NCBI GenBank assembly: GCA_019056785.1 | Contig: DXJV01000029.1 | Location: forward strand, 59,615 to 123,614 | Direction: 5' to 3' | DNA: 64,000 bases | Origin: Candidatus Heimdallarchaeota archaeon | Lineage (GTDB): Archaea > Asgardarchaeota > Heimdallarchaeia > JABLTI01 | Shown here: piece by piece, positions 28,066-37,254 of the stretch | Position numbering within the stretch: the stretch's first letter is position 1 | Layout of the letters: each line of letters opens with the position of its first letter | Notes under the pieces: model-generated | The model's input: only the letters and a program-made list of their open reading frames with translations | Told to the model about the DNA's origin: nothing | The model's database searches: none | Position numbers and translations under genes: made by a program

Positions 28066-29265
28066 CTATTTGGCAAGATAGTTCCAAGCAGTTAAAGCCA
28101 GAACTGCACTGCCAACAGGCAAGGCATCTTCATCGACATCGAATTTGGGGCTGTGACCAGGATATTTAATACCTTTTTCTTCGTTTCGTGTTCCAAGCCA
28201 AAACATGGAGACGGGGATACGATAATTGTCACTGAAATCGTAGAAATCTTCAGCGCCCATTGTAGGTTCCTCTTCAATTACGAGTTGGTCCTCACCAAAC
28301 AAGTCTATCACAGCATTTTTGATATGTTGATTCAAAGAAGGATCATTAAACCCCGGATTGTAGCCAAGGTCAATTTTTGTAGCAATTGTTGCACCAAAAC
28401 TTTTAGCAACACCTTCTGTGATTTGTTTTATTTGTTCCCAGGTGGCTTCGCGAACATCTTGCTTCAAGGCACGAATTGTTCCTGAGAGGTGAGCGGTTTC
28501 AGGGATAATATTATAGGCAGAACCCGCATGAAATGTTCCGACAGTTACAACTACCGGGTCAACAGGGTCCGTACTTCGAGAGGCAACTGTTTGGAGAGCA
28601 ACAACAAGATGTGAAGCAACAACAATGGGGTCCACCGTTTCGTGTGGGGCAGCAGCATGACCACCTTTTCCAGTAATATCGATATAGAATTTATCAGCAC
28701 TGGCAGTAAAGCTGCCATCTTTGATAACAACTTTTCCAGTGTCATATTCATCAAAGACATGCAATGCTATAACAGCGGAAACCTCTGGGTCAGCTAAAGC
28801 TCCGGCTTCAACCATCGGTCGAGCACCACCAAGCCCCTCTTCTGCTGGTTGGAAGAAGAATTTAACATTCCCTGGTAATTGTTCCTTTAGCCGGCTGAGA
28901 ATCTTTGCCACACCTAAGAGGATAGCAGTGTGCGCATCATGTCCACACATATGAGCTTTCCCATCGTGTTTTGATTTGTAAGAAACATCATTTTCCTCCT
29001 GGATGGGCAGCGCATCCATATCAGCACGGATTCCTATTGTTTTTCCAGTACCCCCTTTGCCTTTTAATAAAGCAATGACACCTGTTTTTGCCACACCTAT
29101 TTTCACTTCGAGTCCCAGTTCTTTCAACTTCTTTGCAACATAAGCTGCCGTTTGATGTTCTTCAAAACCCAATTCTGGGTACATATGAAAATGTCGTCTA
29201 TCTGTGACCAGTTCCTCTTTTATTTCATTTGCAATTTTCCAGATTTCTTTTTTCATGTTTTTCAA
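28066..29265 (-). CDS. M20D-family amidohydrolase (aminoacylase/hippurate hydrolase-like)
   Basis: 399 aa. GHDAHTA, IRADMDALP and the overall M20D metal-site pattern. 4-nt overlap with the upstream MazG-like gene suggests an operon. Confidence 0.8.
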   Translation of the reverse strand: MKNMKKEIWKIANEIKEELVTDRRHFHMYPELGFEEHQTAAYVAKKLKELGLEVKIGVAKTGVIALLKGKGGTGKTIGIRADMDALPIQEENDVSYKSKHDGKAHMCGHDAHTAILLGVAKILSRLKEQLPGNVKFFFQPAEEGLGGARPMVEAGALADPEVSAVIALHVFDEYDTGKVVIKDGSFTASADKFYIDITGKGGHAAAPHETVDPIVVASHLVVALQTVASRSTDPVDPVVVTVGTFHAGSAYNIIPETAHLSGTIRALKQDVREATWEQIKQITEGVAKSFGATIATKIDLGYNPGFNDPSLNQHIKNAVIDLFGEDQLVIEEEPTMGAEDFYDFSDNYRIPVSMFWLGTRNEEKGIKYPGHSPKFDVDEDALPVGSAVLALTAWNYLAK

Positions 29266-29582
29266 CGGCCTTTTTTCTCGGGAGTAGTAATGACGTCTCT
29301 CTTTTTATATTTCTTGATACTCTTTAGAATCGCTTTTTCAGGGTTTAAATCCAACCCCCGACCTAAAGCTATGACTGCAAAAAGCAAGTCACCAAATTCC
29401 TCGAATAATTTTTCCCTGCTGGTTGTTTTGTTGGGGTGCAATCCAGCGCTAATTTGTAATTCCTTAGAAAATTCACCCAATTCCTCAATCACTGGTTCTA
29501 TCAGCCATTCCTTTTGCCAATAGCCACCCAGTGAGGTTATCAAATTGTCAATTTCAAAACAAATTTCCATAAAGTCAACCAT
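29262..29582 (-). CDS. MazG-like nucleotide pyrophosphohydrolase domain protein
   Basis: 106 aa. EEFGDLLFAVIALGRGLDLNPEKA matches the MazG EExxE/D helix. Confidence 0.65.
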   Translation of the reverse strand: MVDFMEICFEIDNLITSLGGYWQKEWLIEPVIEELGEFSKELQISAGLHPNKTTSREKLFEEFGDLLFAVIALGRGLDLNPEKAILKSIKKYKKRDVITTPEKKGR

Positions 29583-29621
29583 TGTCCTCGCAAAAAGAGA
29601 GGAGATTATCCAAAAAAAAGG

Positions 29622-31673
29622 TTACGAAGACAAGCGGAGAAATTGGTCCCGCTGATGTTCGGATGCACTTACCAACCAAAAAGTTTCCCGTAAGAAGGAA
29701 ATCGCTTCCTCAAGGAGAGCCTGTTTTTGAAGTTTCAAAGCATCCTCAGACAAAGTAGGTTGCTTTTCTTGAATTTTTTGTATTTCTATAAGGTCAGTTT
29801 GAATTGTTTGCTCAAAGGTTTCCATACCCAGATCTTTTGCCAAGTCGATTGCTTCAGTGAGCTCTTCGGAAGCCTCTTTGAAGTTATCTTTATAGAGCAA
29901 AATTTTCGCAAGCACTTTTTTCGTGTACATCGTTAGTGGTAAAAATTCCAGATCGAGGGAGATAAATAACATGTCGTCTAAGTTTTGCATTACTTCTTCG
30001 AGAATCGTTTGGTCCTCTTGTACCAAATATTTCAATAATAAAACAGTTGTCTTTTCAATCAAAACAAGAGCCGGCGTTAAGGCAGAGGGGAAGTCCTGCA
30101 CTTGCTCGTACATATTGGAAAGAAGCTTTTCTGCTTTCAGCAGCTCTTTCTTTTGTATCTGGAACCTAATCCGAGAAATTATTGCTTGGGCATTTTCTTC
30201 CTGGTTGGCATGAATAGAAGCGAAAAGATCGGCACGATTAATGTAGGATTCGGCAAGCGAAAATTTGCCCAGCGCAGTTGAAATTTCGAACAACCAGTTC
30301 AGAATATCAAAATAAATTTCATCCTTCTTGTTCAATTTGGTGCAAATATGTAATGCTTTTTCAAATTCATCAAAAGCAGTTGTTAAATTACCGACAATGG
30401 CATTTAGCTGCCCCAGTTTGATATGGTCCATTAGGAGTTCTTCTGGAGGGGCGTGGTATTTCACTTTAAACTCCAGGGCATTTGTACGTGTTTCCACTGC
30501 TTCTTTAAAATTTCCAGCGATGAAATTAACATAAGACAAACCATCAAAGATGGGTGTAAGAAGAATAGTGAAGCTATGATTCTGAGCGATTTCAAGGGCA
30601 GTTTGATAATTGGTCAATGCTTCTGCATACTTTCCTTTTCGCGCCAACAGCTTAGCAATATTAGTTAAGGCAATCACTTTATTGTAATCATCAGTTAAAT
30701 TTGTCGCTTGTTCGAGCAGTTCAAAGAAATATTCCTCTGCTTTGGTAAATTGTTGTTGACTTTCAGAAACAAAAGCAAGATTTTTTATGCAATTTACAAC
30801 GCCAATTTGATCCTTAAGAGCAACATAGGTTTTTCGTGCTTCTAAATAATTTTTCTCTGCATGCTCATAATCTCCCAATGCGGCTTCCCAATCTCCACGC
30901 AAGCAAATGGCTTTTGCCTTCAGTGCTTTGAAATTAAATGATTGGAAGATGACAGAAACCTCTTCAAATAACAATTCTAGCTCCTGAAAGTTCTTCTGGA
31001 CGATGGAATAATGGATTAAATCCAAAAGGAATTGAGTCATAAAATAGGGTTCTTCTAATTGTTTTGTTAATTGATAGAGCGTTTTCGTTTCTTCAATGAG
31101 AGCAAGAGTAACAATCTCAGCTGCTTTGACATGCGAAAGGACAAGATAAGCAAGTAAAAAAAAATGATCAAAATCCGGAAGAGAGGCATTCTTCTCTTGA
31201 AACGAATGAATCTTCTCCACCACAGTTTTAAGGTTCTCTTTATTTTTATAACCACTTCTAAACAATATTTGAGCAAGAGCGCCCAAACATTCGATGTAGA
31301 CCATCGGGTCAGAAGTCTCTGAAATCTCTTTCTCAACTTGTTCTAAAAGCTCAATTGCATTTGAGATTTCTCCTTGTTGGGCCTCTGCCAGAGCAAACCA
31401 AACTTTCGCCCCGGCGTTTGTCTGAATTTCTTTGGCAAACTCATTCAAATAAGCATAATCTGCCAGCATATACGCGATTTTTGCTGCGAGGTAACGTAAT
31501 TCATGATCGTCTTCTGGAAGGGTAGGGGATTTCGAAATGCGCAGAAATCGTTTGAAAAAAACCTTCGGATCTTTTGAGTCTAACGCAAGACGATCGAATT
31601 GAAATTCAATTGCATCTAGGGACTCTTGAGAGAGACGACTTTCATGCGTTTTAAATGCTGTTGGGAGGACCAC
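29622..31673 (-). CDS. TPR-repeat protein
   Basis: 683 aa. Many 34-aa repeats with the W-LG-Y-A-F-A-P-like pattern (e.g. AEALTNYQTALEIAQ, AEKNYLEARKTYVAL). Confidence 0.75.
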   Translation of the reverse strand: MVLPTAFKTHESRLSQESLDAIEFQFDRLALDSKDPKVFFKRFLRISKSPTLPEDDHELRYLAAKIAYMLADYAYLNEFAKEIQTNAGAKVWFALAEAQQGEISNAIELLEQVEKEISETSDPMVYIECLGALAQILFRSGYKNKENLKTVVEKIHSFQEKNASLPDFDHFFLLAYLVLSHVKAAEIVTLALIEETKTLYQLTKQLEEPYFMTQFLLDLIHYSIVQKNFQELELLFEEVSVIFQSFNFKALKAKAICLRGDWEAALGDYEHAEKNYLEARKTYVALKDQIGVVNCIKNLAFVSESQQQFTKAEEYFFELLEQATNLTDDYNKVIALTNIAKLLARKGKYAEALTNYQTALEIAQNHSFTILLTPIFDGLSYVNFIAGNFKEAVETRTNALEFKVKYHAPPEELLMDHIKLGQLNAIVGNLTTAFDEFEKALHICTKLNKKDEIYFDILNWLFEISTALGKFSLAESYINRADLFASIHANQEENAQAIISRIRFQIQKKELLKAEKLLSNMYEQVQDFPSALTPALVLIEKTTVLLLKYLVQEDQTILEEVMQNLDDMLFISLDLEFLPLTMYTKKVLAKILLYKDNFKEASEELTEAIDLAKDLGMETFEQTIQTDLIEIQKIQEKQPTLSEDALKLQKQALLEEAISFLRETFWLVSASEHQRDQFLRLSS

Positions 31674-31880
31674 TTTTTTCCCTCGAGTTCTTCTTATTTA
31701 GCTAATTATTTTTCCCTGCATTCTAAAAACAAATTCCTAATATGTGGATAGTTTTTTACTCGTTTTTAATAAAAGATTATTAGTTAAATCTTTTTTAAAG
31801 GTTATTTTTAAGGGATTTTGGGGTTTTGACTGTTTTTTGGGATAGAAACAACAAAATACCCTACTTCAATAAATCTTTTG

Positions 31881-31935
31881 TCATTACTAAAAAGTAATAA
31901 GTGAGTTTAACAGCTTTTTTCTCCAAGAAAAAGCT
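31881..31935 (+). promoter_or_regulatory. Two short palindromic hairpins upstream of the coiled-coil gene
   Basis: ATTACTaaaaAGTAAT at 31881-31900 (6-bp stem). AGCTTTTT..AAAAAGCT at 31912-31935 (8-bp stem). A TATA-like TATTAAAATG follows. Confidence 0.25.
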
Positions 31936-31979
31936 TTTTGTATTAAAATGCTTAAAATTTGACCAAATGGTGAGAGTCT

Positions 31980-33428
31980 ATGAGTCAACATGGAACCAGT
32001 AATCTAAATCCGAAACAACTCGAAAAATTAGCCGAAAAAGCAAAAGAACTAGGATATGACAATCTGAGGTTTTTTGTCGATGATATTGACATGTTGTTGC
32101 GCCCGGCTGTTCTTTTGAAACAAAAAGATATGAAATATTTCGAGTTGGAAAACCTCATTTCCTTGCTAACGAGTAAAAATATTAGCCTGGGAATGGCGCC
32201 CCGGATGTTAAGTATGGTATCAAAATACGCTGAAAGAAATGAAGAATTAGAAGCAGAAAACGCAGAATTAAAGCAATCAAATATAACTATGCGAAGTAAA
32301 TACCAAACTGCTGAAGCCCAGGTAAAAGAATATCAAAAGCAACTTAAAGAACTCTCTGTTGGCGTCCAAGCTGATGCTAAAATCCGAGAAGAGAATATAA
32401 AACTTAGTGAAGAGAATAAGTATCTAAAAATCACAAATGAATCTCTCACCGGAGAACTAAAGAAAACCAAAGAAAAACTCGACGAGAAAATTGAAGAAGC
32501 AAATGATCTTGAAGTTGAAAATAGCCAGTTAGAATTAAAGATTAAAGACCTCCAGAGAGAATTGAAAGAATTGGAGTTGGAATATGAAGAACTAAAACGA
32601 GAAGGTATTGGTACCGATAAGACAAAACGACTCGTTGAGGACTTAATTGATGAAGTAGATGAAGCCTATAGTACTGTAGACGACCCCTTTAAGAAGGAAT
32701 TCTTGGCATTTATGGGTGTGGAATTGAGCGAAATCGTTGAGGGACGAACTATTACAAAACAAAAAATTCTCAATCAAATAGCGATTCATGCACACGAAAT
32801 TGAAAAAAAATTCGAGCCAAAAATAGCAGCTTTGCAACAAATGCCTGCCCGCAGTGCTACACCTCAACCGGTAATCAAAGAACCAAGAGAGGTTATGAAG
32901 AAAGAAGTTATTCCTGAACCCGTGAAAAAAACCGCTCCAGTTGCAGTTAAAAAAGGACAACCTGCTGAAGCGCCTTCAAAACAAAAGGCCAAGGAAGAAA
33001 CCGAAGACCATTATGTGAAACCAAGTGAATTCTTGAAGAAAAAAGGCATCATCGTAAGTAGTGGAAAAGAACCTGCAAAAACAGAAGAAGCGAAAGAAAA
33101 AGGTGAAGAACACGCAGAAAAAACACCTGCAAAACCCGCTACCACTGTTTCACGTTCCAAACGTAAATTTAAGAAGAAAGTGGAAATCGACCGCACACCA
33201 AGCCCTGAATTGATTCAGGTCTTTGACGTATTTATAAAATATCTTGAAGCTATAACTGACAATAAATCATTTAATGACCTGTGCGACAAAATAATCGAGC
33301 AACTTTATGAACACATTGGCTCTCCCGGCATGACACAAGTTTACAAAATAAAAAGTAGTGGCGTGAAAAGAAAACAATTATTGATCGACCTAATAAAACA
33401 GTGGAAAGTGAGACTGCCTGACCTCTAA
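31980..33428 (+). CDS. Long coiled-coil protein with a K/E/P-rich linker and a small C-terminal globular domain
   Basis: 482 aa. Residues ~95-230 are heptad-rich (ELEAENAELKQ...LELKIKDLQRELKELELEYEELKRE). Low-complexity P/K/E linker. C-terminal ~90 aa helical domain. Confidence 0.6.
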   Translation: MSQHGTSNLNPKQLEKLAEKAKELGYDNLRFFVDDIDMLLRPAVLLKQKDMKYFELENLISLLTSKNISLGMAPRMLSMVSKYAERNEELEAENAELKQSNITMRSKYQTAEAQVKEYQKQLKELSVGVQADAKIREENIKLSEENKYLKITNESLTGELKKTKEKLDEKIEEANDLEVENSQLELKIKDLQRELKELELEYEELKREGIGTDKTKRLVEDLIDEVDEAYSTVDDPFKKEFLAFMGVELSEIVEGRTITKQKILNQIAIHAHEIEKKFEPKIAALQQMPARSATPQPVIKEPREVMKKEVIPEPVKKTAPVAVKKGQPAEAPSKQKAKEETEDHYVKPSEFLKKKGIIVSSGKEPAKTEEAKEKGEEHAEKTPAKPATTVSRSKRKFKKKVEIDRTPSPELIQVFDVFIKYLEAITDNKSFNDLCDKIIEQLYEHIGSPGMTQVYKIKSSGVKRKQLLIDLIKQWKVRLPDL

Positions 33429-33475
33429 GAACTGAGGAAGGACCAGCTCACCTCTCGTTTTTTTCAAATGATTAT

Positions 33476-34123
33476 TTATAAGATAATCTGGATTTTCTGA
33501 TGGATCGCGTAAGAAGACATACCACCTGAATCGAAGCGAAGACGAATCAATTTAGACTTGTCTTGTCCGTGAATAGCAATGACTTTTCCGGTGACCTTAG
33601 TCTCACTTTCAGGATATTTTAAAATGAATTTTTTACCTATCAATGTCTTATGGTTATAGTCATCCAAAACTCTTGCAATTGCTTGATTGGTTTTTTGAAG
33701 CCTTTTGTCTCGTCGATAGCTAGTTATAATTGCGCTAATAAATTTGACTTTCTTTGATTTTGGTTTAGTGGTTGGCTTGGGTTTGGTTGTAGTGGAGGTC
33801 TTTGACTTTGTGCGTGTGCTTTTCTTTGTAGCGGTTGTTTTTACTTTTGGGGTGGTCTTTTTAGCCGTCGTTGGTTTTTTAGCTGCAGTGGTCTTTTTAG
33901 TTGTAGCCGGTTTTTTTGTTGTAGAAGTCTTTTTGGCTGGTGAAGTGCTCTTTTTAGTGGTAGTGGCTTTTTTTGTCGTTGTGGAAGTTTTAGTGGAAGA
34001 TTTTTTCGCGGGTGTTTTTTTAGTGGAGGTTTGTTTTGTAGATGCTTTTTTGGTTGTGGTTGTTTTAGCAGCAGGTTTCTTTGCAGAGGTGCTTTTTGAA
34101 GTGGTTTTTTTCTTTTCTGGCAT
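33476..34123 (-). CDS. rpl35ae: Ribosomal protein L35Ae with a ~125-aa N-terminal Lys/Thr/Ala-rich low-complexity extension
   Basis: The C-terminal 90 aa (IITSYRRDKRLQKTNQAIARV...GKVIAIHGQDKSKLIRLRFDSGGMSSYAIHQKIQIIL) align with archaeal and eukaryotic L35Ae (SYRR, GK(I/V)xxxHG, RxRFxxxxPxxAIGxxIxV). The N-terminal part is (T/S/A)KK(P/T) hexapeptide-like repeats. Confidence 0.75.
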   Translation of the reverse strand: MPEKKKTTSKSTSAKKPAAKTTTTKKASTKQTSTKKTPAKKSSTKTSTTTKKATTTKKSTSPAKKTSTTKKPATTKKTTAAKKPTTAKKTTPKVKTTATKKSTRTKSKTSTTTKPKPTTKPKSKKVKFISAIITSYRRDKRLQKTNQAIARVLDDYNHKTLIGKKFILKYPESETKVTGKVIAIHGQDKSKLIRLRFDSGGMSSYAIHQKIQIIL

Positions 34124-34201
34124 AACAAATCACTCTAAGTTATTATTCGATAGGTAGAGGACAAAAGATGTCATTCAAAAATCTTTTCTCTGTGATTAAT
34201 T

Positions 34202-35605
34202 TTATTTTGCTATTTTCTTGTCCTCTACTGCAAGAAGGACACTCTCCAGCGAAATTAGAAAGTTCTCTATCTCACTTTTTTCAACAGTAATCAGTCGCCC
34301 GGGTTGATGAACGAGAATATTCCGTTTTTTCCGGACATTATTAATAGCTTCCTCTTGTTCTTTAGTTAAGAGGTCACGCTCGCGTAAGAATTGCAAGATC
34401 ATATTAAAATTGGTATAAATCTCCACAGGAGCACCGAAGCGTTCTATAAGGCTTTTGAATAATTGCTCTGCAGAACGGAAAAGAAAAACCAAAGCGGTAG
34501 CACGTTCTTCCTCTGAAATTTCGTCCCAATGTTTAAGACGGTTTTTGACATACTCAATATCCGTCTTTAAGGAAACGACCTCATGTTCGTAACTGAATAC
34601 ATGCCGAGCAATATCATAAAACGGGCTTTCAAAGAACCGGTCCTTTATTACGGCAGTTTGTTTTGCCGAAACTTTTAATTGGTCCAAAATCGGCTTGTAA
34701 ATGCGCCATGCTTGTTGTTTCGCAACAAAATTGTTGGCGTAATTTCTCAGCGCCTCTGATAAAGGTTCCTCGTATTCTTGCTGATAGATAGGATCAATCC
34801 GACGAGCGAAACGTCTGAGAGTGGTCTCTCCAACTAACCCTTCTATTGGGAATTGGCTAACAGCACGAATGTAGTTGTTTCTATTCAGCCGTTCTTCTTC
34901 ATTTGGCGGCATAACTATAGGCAATGTCTCAAGGATCAGTTTTCTTAATCTACCGATAGAATAGAAAGCAAGAAGGTCGCTGAGAAAAGTAAGAACAGTA
35001 AATAGAATAGTGAAAATGATAACATTCACAATATTATCAATTTTATCAAGAACTAAAAAGTCTAGAACAATTGGCCTGAAATGTAAATAGATAATGCCAA
35101 TCAAATCTGCCAAAGATAAAATGGACCAAATAATTGAAAAGAGAAACAAAGTCTCAAAACTACTTAAGAGGTTATTTTTTCTATTAACCTGGCTTTGGCT
35201 AATATATGAATCAATATATAGCTCACGCACACGGGCCACAAGCGGGGGAACAAGCTCCTTTTCAATGGCAGCACGAATCTTTTCTTTTTGGGTTCTTGTA
35301 AGGCTTGCTTCATCATCTGAGAAGATAAAAAGCTCGTCGATATTTTCTTTTAATTTTGACTCGTAATGTTTTCCAACGCCACTAATAAAGTAGATTAACA
35401 TTGGAGAAATCATGTAGATAAAAAGTGCAGGTGCAATCAACATTAAAGCCCAGAGAATAAAGCCCCAGTTGGGGGTTATTCCTTTTGCCAGAAGATAAAT
35501 AGCATAGACAATAAATTCCAGCACAATAGGAGCGTAGACTCCAAGAAGAAAGCGTTGATTGAATAAAGCATTGGTTATTTTCGACCGCCAGTTATTGGTT
35601 CCCAT
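34202..35605 (-). CDS. 4-TM membrane protein with C-terminal HEPN-like domain (Rx4H motif; DUF4145-like)
   Basis: 467 aa. Two TM hairpins (residues ~20-75 and ~150-215). The C-terminal helical domain contains NNVRKKRNILVHQPG, which matches R-x4-6-H of HEPN RNase-like domains. Confidence 0.5.
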   Translation of the reverse strand: MGTNNWRSKITNALFNQRFLLGVYAPIVLEFIVYAIYLLAKGITPNWGFILWALMLIAPALFIYMISPMLIYFISGVGKHYESKLKENIDELFIFSDDEASLTRTQKEKIRAAIEKELVPPLVARVRELYIDSYISQSQVNRKNNLLSSFETLFLFSIIWSILSLADLIGIIYLHFRPIVLDFLVLDKIDNIVNVIIFTILFTVLTFLSDLLAFYSIGRLRKLILETLPIVMPPNEEERLNRNNYIRAVSQFPIEGLVGETTLRRFARRIDPIYQQEYEEPLSEALRNYANNFVAKQQAWRIYKPILDQLKVSAKQTAVIKDRFFESPFYDIARHVFSYEHEVVSLKTDIEYVKNRLKHWDEISEEERATALVFLFRSAEQLFKSLIERFGAPVEIYTNFNMILQFLRERDLLTKEQEEAINNVRKKRNILVHQPGRLITVEKSEIENFLISLESVLLAVEDKKIAK

Positions 35606-35733
35606 GAAAAAGCACCTTTTATTACCTTAAAGCGAAGAACTATTTTTAATACATCTTAGTGTTATTAGGTTAAATAGTCTTTGATGATTAATAAAAGTGG
35701 AACTGTGAGGGATAGGCCATCCAGCAACAAAAA

Positions 35734-37113
35734 GTGATCAAAAACGAAGAAACACTCATTAATATAGAAAAAGACCCCTTAATTAAAAGGGGAAGAAAAC
35801 TACTCCTCGAGCTAATCGCCACTGGCATTCAAGCAGCAGACCCTTTTAAAGCCGTACAAAAACATGTCAAATTGGAAGGAAGAACAATAAGAATCGCTAC
35901 CAAATGGGAACGAGATATCTCTTCTTTTGAGAATGTAATTATTGTAGGAGCCGGGAAGGCCTCAGCCAAAATGGCTTTGGCTCTTGAAAAAATTCTGGGA
36001 GAGGAAAACATCACAAAAGGCTTAGTAAATGTTCCATCAGAAACCGTGAGCAATTTAACTGGAACATCAAAAATAAGATTCCATCCCGCCGGACATCCCG
36101 TGGCTACTAAGGCTTCTCTCGAGGGGACTAAGGAAATCATTAAATTAATTTCAGGATTAACACGAAATGACCTTGTCATTTGTGTGATTAGTGGAGGCGG
36201 TTCTGCCATGCTGGAGCTGCCGATAGCAGGTATCACTCTCAACGATTTTTCCACTGTTTTTAATTTATTGACACAGAAAGGGGCAACTATTTATGAATTG
36301 AATGCCTTTCGCAAACATTTATCACAAGTGAAAGGAGGGCGATTGGCAAAAATAGCCCGGCCAGCGGAGGTTGTTTCACTAATAATAAGCGATGTTGTCG
36401 GCGATGACCTATCGACCATTGCTTCTGGACCCACTGCTCCAGATAAAACAAGCTGGCATGATCTAATGACAATTATGAAAAAATATGCTCTTACAGCGGC
36501 ACTTCCACAAACAGTAATACAGCTGATTGAAAAGGGCGTTAAAAGAGAGCTTGCAGAGACCCTTAGAGCAACCGACCCGGTTTTTATGCGGGTATATAAT
36601 TTCTTAATTGCATCTAATACACTTTCCTGTCATGCGATAAAACAGGCTGCCTTAGGAAAAGGTTTTACAGCGAGAATTGTTTCGACAACACTAACAGGTG
36701 AAGCCCGGTTAGTAGGAGAAAAGTTAGCCGAAGAACTCCTCCATAGTGAGAAAAACAATGTGCTAATTGCGGGAGGGGAAACTACAGTAACCATTACCGG
36801 AAAAGGAATTGGCGGACGAAATCAAGAGCTGGCCTTAGCCGCAGCAACACATTTGAGCAACAAGGAAGGGATTTTTTTTGCAGCGGTTGGTTCTGATGGA
36901 AAAGATGGGCCGACAGATGCCGCAGGAGCAATCATCGACTATCAGACAATCTTAAAAGGAGTGAAGAAAGGATTGAGGGCTGAAACCTTTTTACTTGATA
37001 ATAATTCTTACGCTTTTCTAAAGGAAACAAATTCATTAATACTTACAGGACCCACCGGCACAAATGTGAGTGACCTCTTTCTGGGCGTACACCTGGCCCG
37101 AAAAGCCGAATAA
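35734..37113 (+). CDS. Glycerate kinase, MOFRL family (glycerate 2-kinase/hydroxypyruvate reductase-like)
   Basis: 459 aa. N-terminal IIVGAGKASAKMA (DUF4147) and C-terminal MOFRL motifs GGETTVTITGKGIGGRNQE and GSDGKDGPTDAAGA. Confidence 0.85.
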   Translation: MIKNEETLINIEKDPLIKRGRKLLLELIATGIQAADPFKAVQKHVKLEGRTIRIATKWERDISSFENVIIVGAGKASAKMALALEKILGEENITKGLVNVPSETVSNLTGTSKIRFHPAGHPVATKASLEGTKEIIKLISGLTRNDLVICVISGGGSAMLELPIAGITLNDFSTVFNLLTQKGATIYELNAFRKHLSQVKGGRLAKIARPAEVVSLIISDVVGDDLSTIASGPTAPDKTSWHDLMTIMKKYALTAALPQTVIQLIEKGVKRELAETLRATDPVFMRVYNFLIASNTLSCHAIKQAALGKGFTARIVSTTLTGEARLVGEKLAEELLHSEKNNVLIAGGETTVTITGKGIGGRNQELALAAATHLSNKEGIFFAAVGSDGKDGPTDAAGAIIDYQTILKGVKKGLRAETFLLDNNSYAFLKETNSLILTGPTGTNVSDLFLGVHLARKAE

Positions 37114-37218
37114 AAAAGTTCTCGAATTTATTTCCAGAGTTTTAAATGAGAATTAACAAGCATTTAAGTAGTTTCTAAAGACAAAGCTTTACAGAAGAGC
37201 CTTAATTGCAATAAATGG

Positions 37219-37230
37219 TAAATATATAAG
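37219..37230 (+). promoter_or_regulatory. Putative TATA box/BRE upstream of vps4
   Basis: AAATATATAAGG about 27-36 nt upstream of the ATG at 37255, consistent with an archaeal promoter for a leaderless or short-leader transcript. Confidence 0.35.
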
Positions 37231-37254
37231 GTAGTTCTTAAAATAGAATATCGA

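Noticed and set aside
27957-28076. N-terminal 40 codons of the 133-aa ORF at 27675..28076
   Set aside because: The sequence (MPNRLCFLFFCFSLWLENQIYIW...) is hydrophobic junk overlapping the 3' end of the adjacent M20D gene. The start was moved to the internal MVLKPMSDK.
33744-34157. 137-aa ORF on the plus strand (33744..34157) and 95-aa ORF on the minus strand (33841..34128), overlapping the L35Ae N-terminal extension
   Set aside because: Alternative-frame or antisense readings of the AAA/ACA/AAG-rich repeat. The poly-F/V/L composition is non-protein-like.
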